Assembly: GCA_964619725.1 (NCBI GenBank)
Contig: CAZUFC010000050.1
Location: 1 to 55,572, forward strand
Length of the DNA stretch: 55,572 nucleotides
Reading direction: 5' to 3'
Origin: an uncultured bacterium
GTDB lineage: Bacteria; CSSED10-310; CAZUFC01
Every line of letters begins with the position of its first letter. The stretch's first letter is position 1. The notes under the pieces are model-generated. The model was not told the origin of the DNA. It searched no databases and was given only the letters and a program-made list of their open reading frames with translations. A program made the position numbers and the translations under genes. Positions 18,942 to 29,109 of the stretch are shown here, in pieces.

Positions 18942-20324
18942 ATGGATACCATAGTAAAAAATGGAACAATAGTAACGGCGGAAGCAATGTATAAAGGGGA
19001 TATAGGCATTAAAGAGGGCCGCATTGCAGAGATAGCTGAAAGCATATCCCCTGATGAGAAAACTAAAATTCTGGATGCTAAAGGCAAATATGTAATGCCG
19101 GGAGGAATCGACGTACACGTTCATTTTGAACTTCCTTTTTGCGGCACCGTAAGCAAGGATGATTTTGAAAACGGAACAAAAGCGGCTGCATGCGGAGGAC
19201 TGACCACCATTATCGATTACGGAATACAGCAGAAGGGTCATCCGGTAATGGAAGCGATTGAAGGACGCCGGGAGCTGGCCGACGGCCGCGTCAGCATTGA
19301 TTACTCATTACATGGAGGCATAACGGATTGGGAGCTGGCGAAAAATGAAATGGATGAAATAGTTAAGTACGGCATTCCGACCTTCAAAATGTTCATGGTC
19401 TACAAGAATGAAGGATGGATGGCCGATGATGGAGACTTGATAAACGCTCTCGAAGCTACCGCTTCCAACGGCGCCAGAATTATGACTCATTCCGAGAATG
19501 ATTTCGTCATTCAGATGCTCCTGGAAAAATACGGTCCGAAGGCAAAGGAAATGGGCGCATACGGACATGCAATCACAAGACCCGATTACACGGAAAGCGA
19601 AGCGATTTCCCGTGTCGTGAGATGGGCCGAGGTTACCGGCGGCAGGCTGTATATCGTTCATATGTCGACCGGGGAAGGAGCGGATGAGGTCAAGCGAGGT
19701 CAGGACAAGGGCGTGCAGGTGCATGCTGAAACATGCCCTCAGTATCTGCTGCTGGACGATGAACTCTTCAAAGGTGAAAACGGACACCTCTACGCAACCT
19801 GTCCCCAGTTGAGAAAACCCGGGGATATGGCTCGTTTGTGGAGAGGACTTCAACAAAACACCATCCAGGTCATCGGAACCGACACGTGCACATTCGATAC
19901 CGAACAGAAAGCCATGTGGGAAGGCGATTTCAGGAAAATACCCTACGGCATGCCGGGGGTCGAAACAATGCTGCCCCTGATGTATACCTTCGGCGTCGGC
20001 GAGGGAAAAATTTCTCTCAACAGGTTCGTCCAGTTATGCAGCACGAATCCCGCAAAATTGTTCGGTCTCTATCCCCAAAAAGGAACCCTGGCGATAGGCT
20101 CCGATGCCGACATTACCGTTTTTGACCCGGACAGAGAAGTTACTCTTTCCTGGAAAGATATGCAGACAAACTGCGACTGGTCGCCTTTTGAAGGTTATAA
20201 ATTAAAAGGATATCCGCACATTACGCTTTCCAGGGGTAAAATCGTGGCGGAAAAAGGAAAATATGTCGGCGAAAATTCTCATGGCCGCTTTGTTCCTCGA
20301 AAACCTTTCGGAACGCTTTCCTGA
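18942..20324 (+). CDS. hydA: Dihydropyrimidinase / D-hydantoinase
   Basis: PGGIDVHVH, FKMFMVY (carboxylated Lys), AETCPQYL, STNPAKLFGLYPQKG; AGGAGG RBS. Confidence 0.93.
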   Translation: MDTIVKNGTIVTAEAMYKGDIGIKEGRIAEIAESISPDEKTKILDAKGKYVMPGGIDVHVHFELPFCGTVSKDDFENGTKAAACGGLTTIIDYGIQQKGHPVMEAIEGRRELADGRVSIDYSLHGGITDWELAKNEMDEIVKYGIPTFKMFMVYKNEGWMADDGDLINALEATASNGARIMTHSENDFVIQMLLEKYGPKAKEMGAYGHAITRPDYTESEAISRVVRWAEVTGGRLYIVHMSTGEGADEVKRGQDKGVQVHAETCPQYLLLDDELFKGENGHLYATCPQLRKPGDMARLWRGLQQNTIQVIGTDTCTFDTEQKAMWEGDFRKIPYGMPGVETMLPLMYTFGVGEGKISLNRFVQLCSTNPAKLFGLYPQKGTLAIGSDADITVFDPDREVTLSWKDMQTNCDWSPFEGYKLKGYPHITLSRGKIVAEKGKYVGENSHGRFVPRKPFGTLS

Positions 20325-20366
20325 TGACTGTTTTTAAAGAATGAATCTACTGAAAAAGGATAAAAA

Positions 20367-21671
20367 ATGACTCAATTTGATTTAAGCAAGGATGAAATAA
20401 AAAAGTATCGCGAAGAGTATCTTCTGCCCAGTACTATGACCTATTACAAAGAACCGATAAACATAGTTCGCGGTGAAATGCAGTACGTCTATGACGACGA
20501 AGGCAAAAAGTATCTCGATGCATTCGGCGCAGTCGTCACCATCAGCGTCGGTCACTGCCATCCCGACATCATTCCCGATGTCGTCGAACAGGTTAAAACC
20601 CTTCAGCATATGACCACGCTTTATTATCATCCGGTAATAGCGCAATATGCCAAAAAAATGGCGGACGTCTGTCCTGGAGATTTAAAAGTGAGTTTCTTCA
20701 CGAATAGCGGTTGTGAAGCAAATGAATTGGCCGCCCTGATAGCCAAAAACTACACGGGCACTCACGAGTTCATCTCACTGACTCACTCATTTCACGGCAG
20801 AACGTTAATGGCTATGACGCTGACGGGACAATCCCTGTGGCGCCACAGCCTGCCGTATGTTTACGGCGTTAGACATGCCCCCGCAGCATACTGCTATCGC
20901 TGCCCCTTTAAACTTACCTACCCCCAGTGTGATGTGATCTGCGCCAGACAGGTCGAAGAGATTATCAAATATACGACATGCGGCAAAATCGCGGCTTTTC
21001 TGGGTGAACCTATTCAGGGTTTCGGAGGCGTCATCGATCCGCCCCCTGAATATTTCCCAATTATTTACGATTTAACGAAAAAATACGACGGACTCTTTAT
21101 GGTTGACGAAGTGCAAACCGGCTTCGGAAGAACCGGAAGGAAGTTCTTCGGGATAGAACACTGGGGCGTTCAACCGGACGTTATTATTATGGCTAAAGGT
21201 ATAGGCAACGGCGTTCCCCTCGGCAATGTCATCACTACGGCCGAAATCGCTGAATCTATGAAAGGCAAAATTCACTTCAACACTTTCGGCGGCAATCCCG
21301 TTTCTATGATGCAGGGACTGAAGGTCCTGGACACTCTGGAAAAACACGATTACGCAGAAAACGCACACAGAATGGGCGAACTGCTCGCCGAAGGATGCAA
21401 TGAATTGATGAGCAAGCATCAAATCGTGGGCGATATTCGCGGAAAAGGGCTGATGATGGGTGTGGAACTGGTGAGAAACAGATCAACAAAAGAACCCGCC
21501 AAAGAAGAAATGCTGGACGTCATGGAAATGTGCAAGGAAAGAGGTCTCATTATCGGTAAAGGAGCGATGAACGGCAACGTCATACGGATAAAACCGCCCC
21601 TGTGCGTCAACAGGGATGATGTCGAATTTATTGTTAAAACCCTGGACGACGTGTTCGGAAGATTGAAATAG
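20367..21671 (+). CDS. Class III PLP aminotransferase (beta-alanine:pyruvate / AGXT2-like)
   Basis: NSGCEANE, SFHGRT, DEVQTGFGRTG, MAKGIGNG and FNTFGGNP motifs. Confidence 0.9.
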   Translation: MTQFDLSKDEIKKYREEYLLPSTMTYYKEPINIVRGEMQYVYDDEGKKYLDAFGAVVTISVGHCHPDIIPDVVEQVKTLQHMTTLYYHPVIAQYAKKMADVCPGDLKVSFFTNSGCEANELAALIAKNYTGTHEFISLTHSFHGRTLMAMTLTGQSLWRHSLPYVYGVRHAPAAYCYRCPFKLTYPQCDVICARQVEEIIKYTTCGKIAAFLGEPIQGFGGVIDPPPEYFPIIYDLTKKYDGLFMVDEVQTGFGRTGRKFFGIEHWGVQPDVIIMAKGIGNGVPLGNVITTAEIAESMKGKIHFNTFGGNPVSMMQGLKVLDTLEKHDYAENAHRMGELLAEGCNELMSKHQIVGDIRGKGLMMGVELVRNRSTKEPAKEEMLDVMEMCKERGLIIGKGAMNGNVIRIKPPLCVNRDDVEFIVKTLDDVFGRLK

Positions 21672-21766
21672 TGCACAATTAAACAAAAAAACATAGGCGG
21701 AAACCAGCCTGCGCGCCGGCAACACGACTTTCAACCAGGTATTCTTACTGTCCGGGGAAATACCTG

Positions 21767-22213
21767 CTATCGCGGCACCGGAGGTTGATTCAATTTAAAC
21801 CAGTAATGAACTACATGACCGACGATCTCTGTGAATTTTTTGAAATCGATCGGTTTCACGATATAACTGTTTATGCCTAACGCATAACTACGGTTAATAT
21901 CACGTTCGTCGCTCGATGACGTCAATACTATCGTCGTTATCATCCGGGTGATCGGATGTGAGTTTATTTTCTTTAAAACCTCAAGCCCGTCCACTTTAGG
22001 TAATTTCAAATCCAGTAAGATCAGACGCGGTATGTTCTCCATGTCACGGTCTTTGTATTCATCCTGGCAGAAAAGGTAATCAATCGCTTCCGCTCCATTT
22101 CTTAATATTTTTATCTGATCGCTCAAATTATTCTTCTTGAGGGCTCGTAAAGTCAATTCCACATCATTTGGATTATCTTCGACCAACAGAATGTCTATGG
22201 CTTCATCCCTCAT
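21767..22213 (-). CDS. Single-domain response regulator (CheY-like, Rcp1 type)
   Basis: ILLVEDNPND, LLDLKLPKVDG, LTSS, YIVKP; start refined to 22213. Confidence 0.92.
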   Translation of the reverse strand: MRDEAIDILLVEDNPNDVELTLRALKKNNLSDQIKILRNGAEAIDYLFCQDEYKDRDMENIPRLILLDLKLPKVDGLEVLKKINSHPITRMITTIVLTSSSDERDINRSYALGINSYIVKPIDFKKFTEIVGHVVHYWFKLNQPPVPR

Positions 22214-24386
22214 TTTTACTCTCTCCTTCAAGCGTGAAATAAAATCTCGTTCCCTTGTTACTCTCTGATTCAGCCCAGATGCGTCCTCCATGCCTCGTTA
22301 TGATCCTTTGAACAATACTCATCCCTACTCCCGTTCCTTCATATTCATCCGGGCCGTGCAGACGCTGGAAAACTTTAAATACCTTGTCCGCGTACTTCAT
22401 GTCAAAACCTATGCCGTTATCTTTGATGAAAAATACATCCTGAGTATCCGTTTTTCTGCTGCCCACCTCAATCACTGGATTCTCCCTTTCACGCGTAAAC
22501 TTGAACGCATTCGCCAGCAGGTTTTGATAAACCTGGCGCAGCAACACCGGGTCCGCACTGCTCTCTGGAAGCCTTCCCAGTACTACTTTAACGCCCCGCT
22601 TTTCTCTCTCTGCCTCAAACGAGTTCAATACCGATTTCACCGTTTCATGCACGTCAACTCTTTTTCGCTTTAAATGACGTCGCTCCAATTGTGCAAAATT
22701 CATCAAAGCGTTGATCAACTCCGCCATCTTTGTCGTGCTGTCCCTTATAATATTCAGCTTACGCACTCCATCAGCCGGCAGTATGTCACCGTAATCATCC
22801 AGCAGTATCCTGGAATATCCTTCCATGGCTCTCAGCGGCGCATGCAAATCATGCGAAACTGAATAATTGAAAGCTTCCAATTCTACGTTGGCCGTCTCAA
22901 GCTCGCGCGTCCTCTCTATCACTTCCTTTTCCACCTTCTTACGCTTCGTTATATCTTCCGTATGCAGTATGATCAAATCCGGCGGTACATAGGCATATTT
23001 CACTGATAAATGTTTCCACGCTCCAAGAAATTCAAAGTAATAATGCACTTCCTTCTCGATCGATTCTCGCGTTCGACGGCATTTATCCAAATCCAGAAGT
23101 ATTTCCGGTATTTTTTTGAACATTTCCGATGCCCTCATTCCAAGATATTCAGCGATTCTGCCGTTGGTGATCCTCTCAGCAGCATCATTATAATCAATCA
23201 GGAGAAAATCGTCTTCCTTATTTTGCCAAATGTAAGTAGGCACGGGGATACCCTTGAACTGGGCCCGCATTTTTTCTTCGCTCTGCCTGAGTTCTTTGGT
23301 TCTTTCTTTAATGCGTATTTCGAGGTTATCGGCATGTTTCTGTACAATATCCCGGAGATTAGTCTGTCTGACGGCTACTGCAAGGAGGTTGGCAATATCT
23401 TTGGCGATTTCTATACTGTCCGGCTGGAATGAACCCGGATGAGCTCTGGCGACGAACAGAGTTCCGAGTAATTCGTCTTTCGCAATCAAAGGAACATTGA
23501 TATAAGACCTCACGCCGGCATCGAGCAATTTTTTTAAAGGTTTCGGAAATTCTTTAAAAACGCCTATATCTTCGATCATTCTTACTTTACCGGATTTCAA
23601 TTCTTCGATTCTCTGTTGCAATCCTTCGGTGAAGAAGTTTTGCGATTCGACAAATTCTCCTCCGTGGTTGGCGGCCAAAGCGAACAGTTTCATTTCCTTA
23701 TAATCGTTTTGGAAAAAGATGACCGCTGCTCCGAGACACGGTATTAATTTTTTGGTTCGCTTCAGGGCTGCGTTTGATATGGCTTCAAGGGAATCCGCCG
23801 CAAGAATCGCCTGGTCCAGTTCTCTTAAAATTTTCAGACGCTCCGTATATTGCTTTAGTTGTTCTTCTGCTTTTTTTCTTTCCGTAACGTCTCTGATCAC
23901 TACTTGCGCCGCTTTTTTTCCTTCATAGGCAATGGATGCGACAGCGACTTCAACATCCATAACAGAACCGTCATAACGGATCATTTTTTCAGAAATCGTC
24001 GATCCGCGGGAGCCGCCATAGGCTCTTTCCGCTCTGTCTTGAACTAATTTCCTGTAGTGGGGATGCACGAAATCAAGAATAGGCTTGCCTATGACCGTCT
24101 CCAAATCAGGCGCTTTAAATAACCGCAATCCCGCATCATTCGCATATGTTATTTTGCCTTCCGCGTGCACCACAATGGCATCGGGAGATAAATCGACCAG
24201 TTCTTTATAACGCTCTTCACTTTCACGCAATTTGGATTCGATTTTTTTACGTTCTGAGATTTCCTGTTCTAGCGCAAGAGTTTTTTGCTTCACTTGCTTT
24301 TTTAAAAAGTAATCATGAATGACGAAAAAAATCAGAAAGGTCAAAACAAATATTGGAGCGATATCCAGCCAGTCGAACAAATTCAT
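22203..24386 (-). CDS. PAS-GAF-PAS sensor histidine kinase
   Basis: Single N-terminal TM, PAS (RDVTERKKAEE), GAF, H-box SVSHDLHAPL, NLLANAFKFT, DNGIGFD, GTGVGM. Confidence 0.93.
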   Translation of the reverse strand: MNLFDWLDIAPIFVLTFLIFFVIHDYFLKKQVKQKTLALEQEISERKKIESKLRESEERYKELVDLSPDAIVVHAEGKITYANDAGLRLFKAPDLETVIGKPILDFVHPHYRKLVQDRAERAYGGSRGSTISEKMIRYDGSVMDVEVAVASIAYEGKKAAQVVIRDVTERKKAEEQLKQYTERLKILRELDQAILAADSLEAISNAALKRTKKLIPCLGAAVIFFQNDYKEMKLFALAANHGGEFVESQNFFTEGLQQRIEELKSGKVRMIEDIGVFKEFPKPLKKLLDAGVRSYINVPLIAKDELLGTLFVARAHPGSFQPDSIEIAKDIANLLAVAVRQTNLRDIVQKHADNLEIRIKERTKELRQSEEKMRAQFKGIPVPTYIWQNKEDDFLLIDYNDAAERITNGRIAEYLGMRASEMFKKIPEILLDLDKCRRTRESIEKEVHYYFEFLGAWKHLSVKYAYVPPDLIILHTEDITKRKKVEKEVIERTRELETANVELEAFNYSVSHDLHAPLRAMEGYSRILLDDYGDILPADGVRKLNIIRDSTTKMAELINALMNFAQLERRHLKRKRVDVHETVKSVLNSFEAEREKRGVKVVLGRLPESSADPVLLRQVYQNLLANAFKFTRERENPVIEVGSRKTDTQDVFFIKDNGIGFDMKYADKVFKVFQRLHGPDEYEGTGVGMSIVQRIITRHGGRIWAESESNKGTRFYFTLEGESKNEG

Positions 24387-24833
24387 CGAAGCCCCTTAAA
24401 CCGATCCCTTTCATTCACTGCAGTCGGCATCTTATTTGAGTTATTACTTCGTATGACGCCTTCAAAAAAACGGGTTTTCTTTTTCTTATTTTTGAAGATT
24501 CTGAGAGTCATCCGCAACATAATCGATTTTCTTACTATTCTGTTTAGATTTTAATCGCTGTTCAATTAATAATATCAGTGTAAGCCGGAATCAGAGACGG
24601 TTCACACCGGGGATGCAATTTAATATCTTGAACCGGGGAGCTTGTCAACTGATAAGATGCCTGTTTCTTTATTGTTTTTTTGGGAACTGATCGAAAAAAA
24701 ATTACAATTTTCATAAATCTTTTCTTCTCTTGTCCTCGCTGCTCTGTGTGATTTACGTTTGCGGAAGCCCTGACATTTGTTTTCCCAAAAGCCGAGTATT
24801 TTGATATTCTCCGTTTACCGACAGGCGCTAATT

Positions 24834-24977
24834 AGTTTTTCTCCATAAACGGCGAATTTTTCCCAATACTGTGACAGTCTTCGGATTTGCTCAGTCAAAG
24901 TATAAGCGCCGCCCCCGCCTCGCAAATCATTACCATCCTTGTCTTAAGAAAAATTCGCTCGTTTATGGATCAAAAAC
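24834..24977. mobile_element. MITE/REP-like element with about 28-30 bp imperfect terminal inverted repeats
   Basis: Left GTTTTTCTCCATAAACGGCGAATTTTTC versus reverse complement of right GTTTTTGATCCATAAACGAGCGAATTTTTC; internal stem GATTTGC/GCAAATC; second copy at 55518-55572. Confidence 0.7.
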
Positions 24978-24980
24978 CGC

Positions 24981-25035
24981 AGTGACTGTCCAGCATTAAA
25001 TTTTGAATCGACAATCGAGTTTATGGACAGTCACT
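24981..25035. repeat. Short palindromic element with 12-bp perfect inverted repeat
   Basis: AGTGACTGTCCA (24981-24992) and TGGACAGTCACT (25024-25035); 24990-25030 matches 43300-43340 at 34/41. Confidence 0.7.
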
Positions 25036-27187
25036 AATTAGGCATCAAGGACTCCTGCGACCTGTATTGAAGCAGATAGAGCTTATGATAAAGACCTTTT
25101 TTATTCAATAAAGCCTGATGATTTCCGATTTCATCTATTTTCCCTTTATGCATGACTATTATTTTGTCGGCATTCTTTATTGTTGAAAGACGATGGGCGA
25201 TCACAAGTGAAGTGCGCTCAGCAAGCAGTTTTTTCAGGGCATCCTGAATCCATTGTTCAGTTTCCGAGTCTATGCCGGCGGTCGCTTCGTCGAGGACCAG
25301 GATATCAGGATCGAAAGCCAGAGCACGGGCAAAAGCTAATAATTGTCTCTGTCCATAGCTCAAGGTTACGCCCCCTTCTTCCAGTCTCTCGTCATACCTG
25401 TTGAACAACCTGTCGATAAAAGTGTCGGCGTGCACGAGTTTGGCTACGAATTCGATATCGTCGTCGGTTATTCGCGTTTCATTGAGCCTTATGTTTCGCC
25501 TTATATCGCCGGAGAAAAGAAAGACGTCCTGTAAAACCACAGCCATTTGCTTTCTCAAGTACCGGCGATCATATTCATCGATATTGATTCCGTCTATGAG
25601 TATCCGTCCCTTTTGAGGCGTGAAGAATTTAGAAAGAAGGTTGATTATGGTGGTCTTGCCGCTGCCCGTGGCGCCGACGAGAGCGACAGTTTCGCCAGGC
25701 TTCACGGAAAAAGATATGTCCTTCAATACCCAGTCTTCTTGTTCGTAAGCGAACCATACATTATCAAATGAAATGCATCCTTCAATTTTTTTATCCGAAT
25801 CTGGCGAAACAAGCGTCTGCTGATCGGTTTCAGGCGTTTTATCCAGAAGCTGGAGTATCCTTTCTGATGATGCCATCGCTGATTGCATAATATTGAATTT
25901 TTCGGCTATCTCTCGGACCGGACTGAAAAACATCGTCACATAACTGAGGAATGCCGTCAAGGTTCCCAAACTGATGGTGTTCCTGACAACTTGCCCCCCT
26001 CCGTAATACAGGATCAACGCAATGCCGAAATTCTCAAGGAAGACGATAAACGGAGAAAACAAAGAATGCACGATCAATTGATGCATATTGGCCTGATAGC
26101 ACTCATGATTGATCTTTTTAAATTTCTTGAAATGCAATTTTTCCCGCGCGAACGCCTGGATAACCCTCACACCGCTTATATGTTCCGATAAAACCGAATT
26201 GATCTGGGCGATTTTTATCCTGACCTGCCGAAACGCTCTGCGCATCTTCCTTTTAAAGACCCAGGTCACGATCATTATGAAAGGCAATATGGCAATCACT
26301 GCCAGAGCCAGTCGAGTCGCCAGAAGCATCATAGCGACGATGATGCCGATTAATTTAAGTATATTCTTGAAGATGTCCACGAGGATGGATGTGAACAGTT
26401 CATTCAGAGTGTTTACATCGTTGCTTACCCTGGTCACCAGTCTTCCCGTGGGCTGATTATTGAAAAATTGTATGGGTAATTTCTGAATGTGATCAAACAA
26501 ACGGGTGCGGATATCGAACATCACCTGTTGTCCTATCCACGCCATAAGATATATCTGACCGAATCTGAGAAAAAAACTCAGTCCTAGGACTGTCAGAAAC
26601 AGGGCGCTGATTTTCAGAATGCCTTCGCGATCAGGACCTCGTATCAGATTCCTGCGATCCTCATCCAACTTTTTTAAATTCTCCGATTCTATGCCGTAGA
26701 CGAAATCGGAGCCTGTTTTTCGAAATATATCTTCGTTTTTTCCGATGAAATCCCTCAATTCGCTGACCGACTTTTCCTCATACCGGTTCAAATCCAGCAG
26801 ATACCACTCTTTTTCGCCCAAAGCTTGATTCTCAACCAGGATTTTACGATCCCCGGGATCAAGTATGCCCTCTTTGAGGATGTAGACGTTTTCTGCTATC
26901 GAATACGAAGTTTCGGAATAGGACTTTTTAATCTCCTCAGCATCTTTGTTTTTCAGCTTATTCAGGTCTATGCGCTTGCCCTGGTATATGATGTATTCAT
27001 CGATGCCGACTTTAGTCAGGTAAGGCAGCAGGACTTCCGCCCCGGAGAGCAGCACGGCGAGTAAAAAAGAAAAAATAATGTGTCTAAGGTAAGGACGGGC
27101 GAATCGGGATATACCCCGCATAATCCGGCTGTCATAAACTTTACCGAGTTCTTCTTCCGAATGAAATGCATGCATTTTTGGGGGCAT
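25034..27187 (-). CDS. ABC exporter TMD-NBD subunit (YheH/MdlB-like half of a heterodimer)
   Basis: Walker A GATGSGKT, LSYGQRQ, LDEATA, IAHRLS; start refined to ATG 27187. Confidence 0.93.
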   Translation of the reverse strand: MPPKMHAFHSEEELGKVYDSRIMRGISRFARPYLRHIIFSFLLAVLLSGAEVLLPYLTKVGIDEYIIYQGKRIDLNKLKNKDAEEIKKSYSETSYSIAENVYILKEGILDPGDRKILVENQALGEKEWYLLDLNRYEEKSVSELRDFIGKNEDIFRKTGSDFVYGIESENLKKLDEDRRNLIRGPDREGILKISALFLTVLGLSFFLRFGQIYLMAWIGQQVMFDIRTRLFDHIQKLPIQFFNNQPTGRLVTRVSNDVNTLNELFTSILVDIFKNILKLIGIIVAMMLLATRLALAVIAILPFIMIVTWVFKRKMRRAFRQVRIKIAQINSVLSEHISGVRVIQAFAREKLHFKKFKKINHECYQANMHQLIVHSLFSPFIVFLENFGIALILYYGGGQVVRNTISLGTLTAFLSYVTMFFSPVREIAEKFNIMQSAMASSERILQLLDKTPETDQQTLVSPDSDKKIEGCISFDNVWFAYEQEDWVLKDISFSVKPGETVALVGATGSGKTTIINLLSKFFTPQKGRILIDGINIDEYDRRYLRKQMAVVLQDVFLFSGDIRRNIRLNETRITDDDIEFVAKLVHADTFIDRLFNRYDERLEEGGVTLSYGQRQLLAFARALAFDPDILVLDEATAGIDSETEQWIQDALKKLLAERTSLVIAHRLSTIKNADKIIVMHKGKIDEIGNHQALLNKKGLYHKLYLLQYRSQESLMPN

Positions 27188-27229
27188 GGCTTCTAATCGC
27201 CTCTCTTTTCTTACTGAAGTGAAATGCAA

Positions 27230-28969
27230 TTATTCATGTTTCTCTATCTCTTCCAACAACTTCTGATGCTCATATATCTCGAAATATCGGCCTCTTTTTT
27301 TCAAAAGTTCTTCATGCGTTCCCTGTTCCGCAATCTCGCCGTTTTCCATGAAAATAATGTTATCGGCTCTTTGCGCGATCGAGATACGATGGGATATTAA
27401 AATGACCGTCTTATCCGACAACTGCTTTTTAAGCGATTTCATGATGAAATCTTCTGTTTCAGAGTCCACGGCGGAAAAAGCATCATCGAACACGTATACG
27501 GGCGTATCCTGTATAAGCGCCCGTGCTATGGAAACCCTCTGTTTCTGGCCTCCTGATAAAGTGACGCCCTTTTCACCGACCATTGTTTCAAAACCCCTGG
27601 GAAACTGATCGACTTCCTTGTTGAGCTGCGCGGCGTCTGCGGCATCCTGCACTTTTTTTTCCGAAACTTTCAGTCCAAAACGAATATTTTCCAATATCGT
27701 ATCTGAAAAAAGAAAAGTCTGCTGATGAACGAAACCGATCTGAGCCCTCAGCGAATTGAGCATATATTTCCTGTTGTCTATTCCGTCTATCAGAACGGTA
27801 CCTGGGGGAGGATCGTACAGCCTGGGAATCAGATTGACGAGCGCAGTTTTGGATGAACCCGTCGGTCCCATAATCGCCAGACTGCTTTTTGCCGGTATTT
27901 TCAGATTTATATTCTTCAGGACCGGCTGCTCGCCGTTATATGAAAAAGTCAAATCCTTGAATTCAATTTCCCCTTCTACTCTCTTCGCCATCGCACCCGG
28001 CAAATTCTGTATGCCCGGTTTTACCTCGAATATCTCAACAAGCCGATTCAGCGATGCCTTGCCGCGCTGATACAAATTCGTCACCCAGCCCACGGCTATC
28101 ATCGGCCAGATCAGAATACCCAGATAACTGTTGAACGCTACAAAATCTCCCATGGAAAGTTGCATGTCGATCACTCGATTGCCTCCGAAAAACAGAATGA
28201 TGACCGAACAACTCCCTGCAATAGTCCATATCAGCGGATGCAGCAAACCCCAAACCCGCACCAGCTTCATGTTGATGTCAATGTAATCGCGGTTGAGTTC
28301 GCGAAAATTCTCACTTTCTGCATCTTCCTGGACAAATGACTTTATTACTTTTATTCCGGCGAAGGTCTCCTGAGCCTTTTCCGAAATTCTCGAAAATCCT
28401 GCCTGAACCCCGCGGAATCGCTTGTGAAGCTTGGGGCCCAGCTTTAAAAACGCAAAGGTTACAATCGGCATGGGAATCAATACGTAAAAGGTCAGCGTGC
28501 TGTTAAGAGAAAACATCATGGTCAAGGACGCCGCCAGCAGAAAAATCGCATCCAGCCCGGCCACAAGTCCTATCCCGCACATCATTCTAACAGCCTCCAG
28601 ATCGTTTGTTCCATGCGCCATCAAATCCCCTACTGACGTATGATCGAAATATGAGTAGGACAACGATTGAAGGTGACGATAAAAGCGATTCCTCAAATTT
28701 TCTTCGATTTTTCTCGATAATCCTATGATGCAATACCGCCAGACGAAACGCGCCCCTCCTATGCCCAGCGCCAAACCTAGAATGTAGACGCCGATTGTGA
28801 TGATTTCCTTCTGGCGAGTGGGGTCTTCCGTTAAGATGTCAACCGCTTCTTTGATGAACCAGGGTATGAAAATCTGAAACGCATCCACCGCCACCAGAGC
28901 AATCAGCCCGATCAGAACGCGTCGCCACGACCTGAAATAATATTTTTTTATTAAATCAAAAGGCTTCAT
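27230..28969 (-). CDS. ABC exporter TMD-NBD subunit (YheI/MdlA-like, degenerate site)
   Basis: GPTGSSKT, LSGGQKQR, FDDAFSAVD (Walker B Asp replacing Glu), SHRIS. Confidence 0.93.
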   Translation of the reverse strand: MKPFDLIKKYYFRSWRRVLIGLIALVAVDAFQIFIPWFIKEAVDILTEDPTRQKEIITIGVYILGLALGIGGARFVWRYCIIGLSRKIEENLRNRFYRHLQSLSYSYFDHTSVGDLMAHGTNDLEAVRMMCGIGLVAGLDAIFLLAASLTMMFSLNSTLTFYVLIPMPIVTFAFLKLGPKLHKRFRGVQAGFSRISEKAQETFAGIKVIKSFVQEDAESENFRELNRDYIDINMKLVRVWGLLHPLIWTIAGSCSVIILFFGGNRVIDMQLSMGDFVAFNSYLGILIWPMIAVGWVTNLYQRGKASLNRLVEIFEVKPGIQNLPGAMAKRVEGEIEFKDLTFSYNGEQPVLKNINLKIPAKSSLAIMGPTGSSKTALVNLIPRLYDPPPGTVLIDGIDNRKYMLNSLRAQIGFVHQQTFLFSDTILENIRFGLKVSEKKVQDAADAAQLNKEVDQFPRGFETMVGEKGVTLSGGQKQRVSIARALIQDTPVYVFDDAFSAVDSETEDFIMKSLKKQLSDKTVILISHRISIAQRADNIIFMENGEIAEQGTHEELLKKRGRYFEIYEHQKLLEEIEKHE

Positions 28970-29109
28970 AAATCATGATCGCCCCCGGTCCCTTTTATAC
29001 TTGAAATTTTTTCGAAATAAAACAGAATTTCTTGATTTAATTTCGCATCAAACGACAATGGCGCCCGTACCGGATACCGATTTATCCCGATTGCCGGAAT
29101 AATTATTGG

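Noticed and set aside
25034-28969. ABC exporter pair as the secretion machine for the CTD proteins
   Set aside because: Looks like an ordinary heterodimeric multidrug-type exporter; no HlyD or TolC partner here, and the cargo proteins have Sec-type signal peptides
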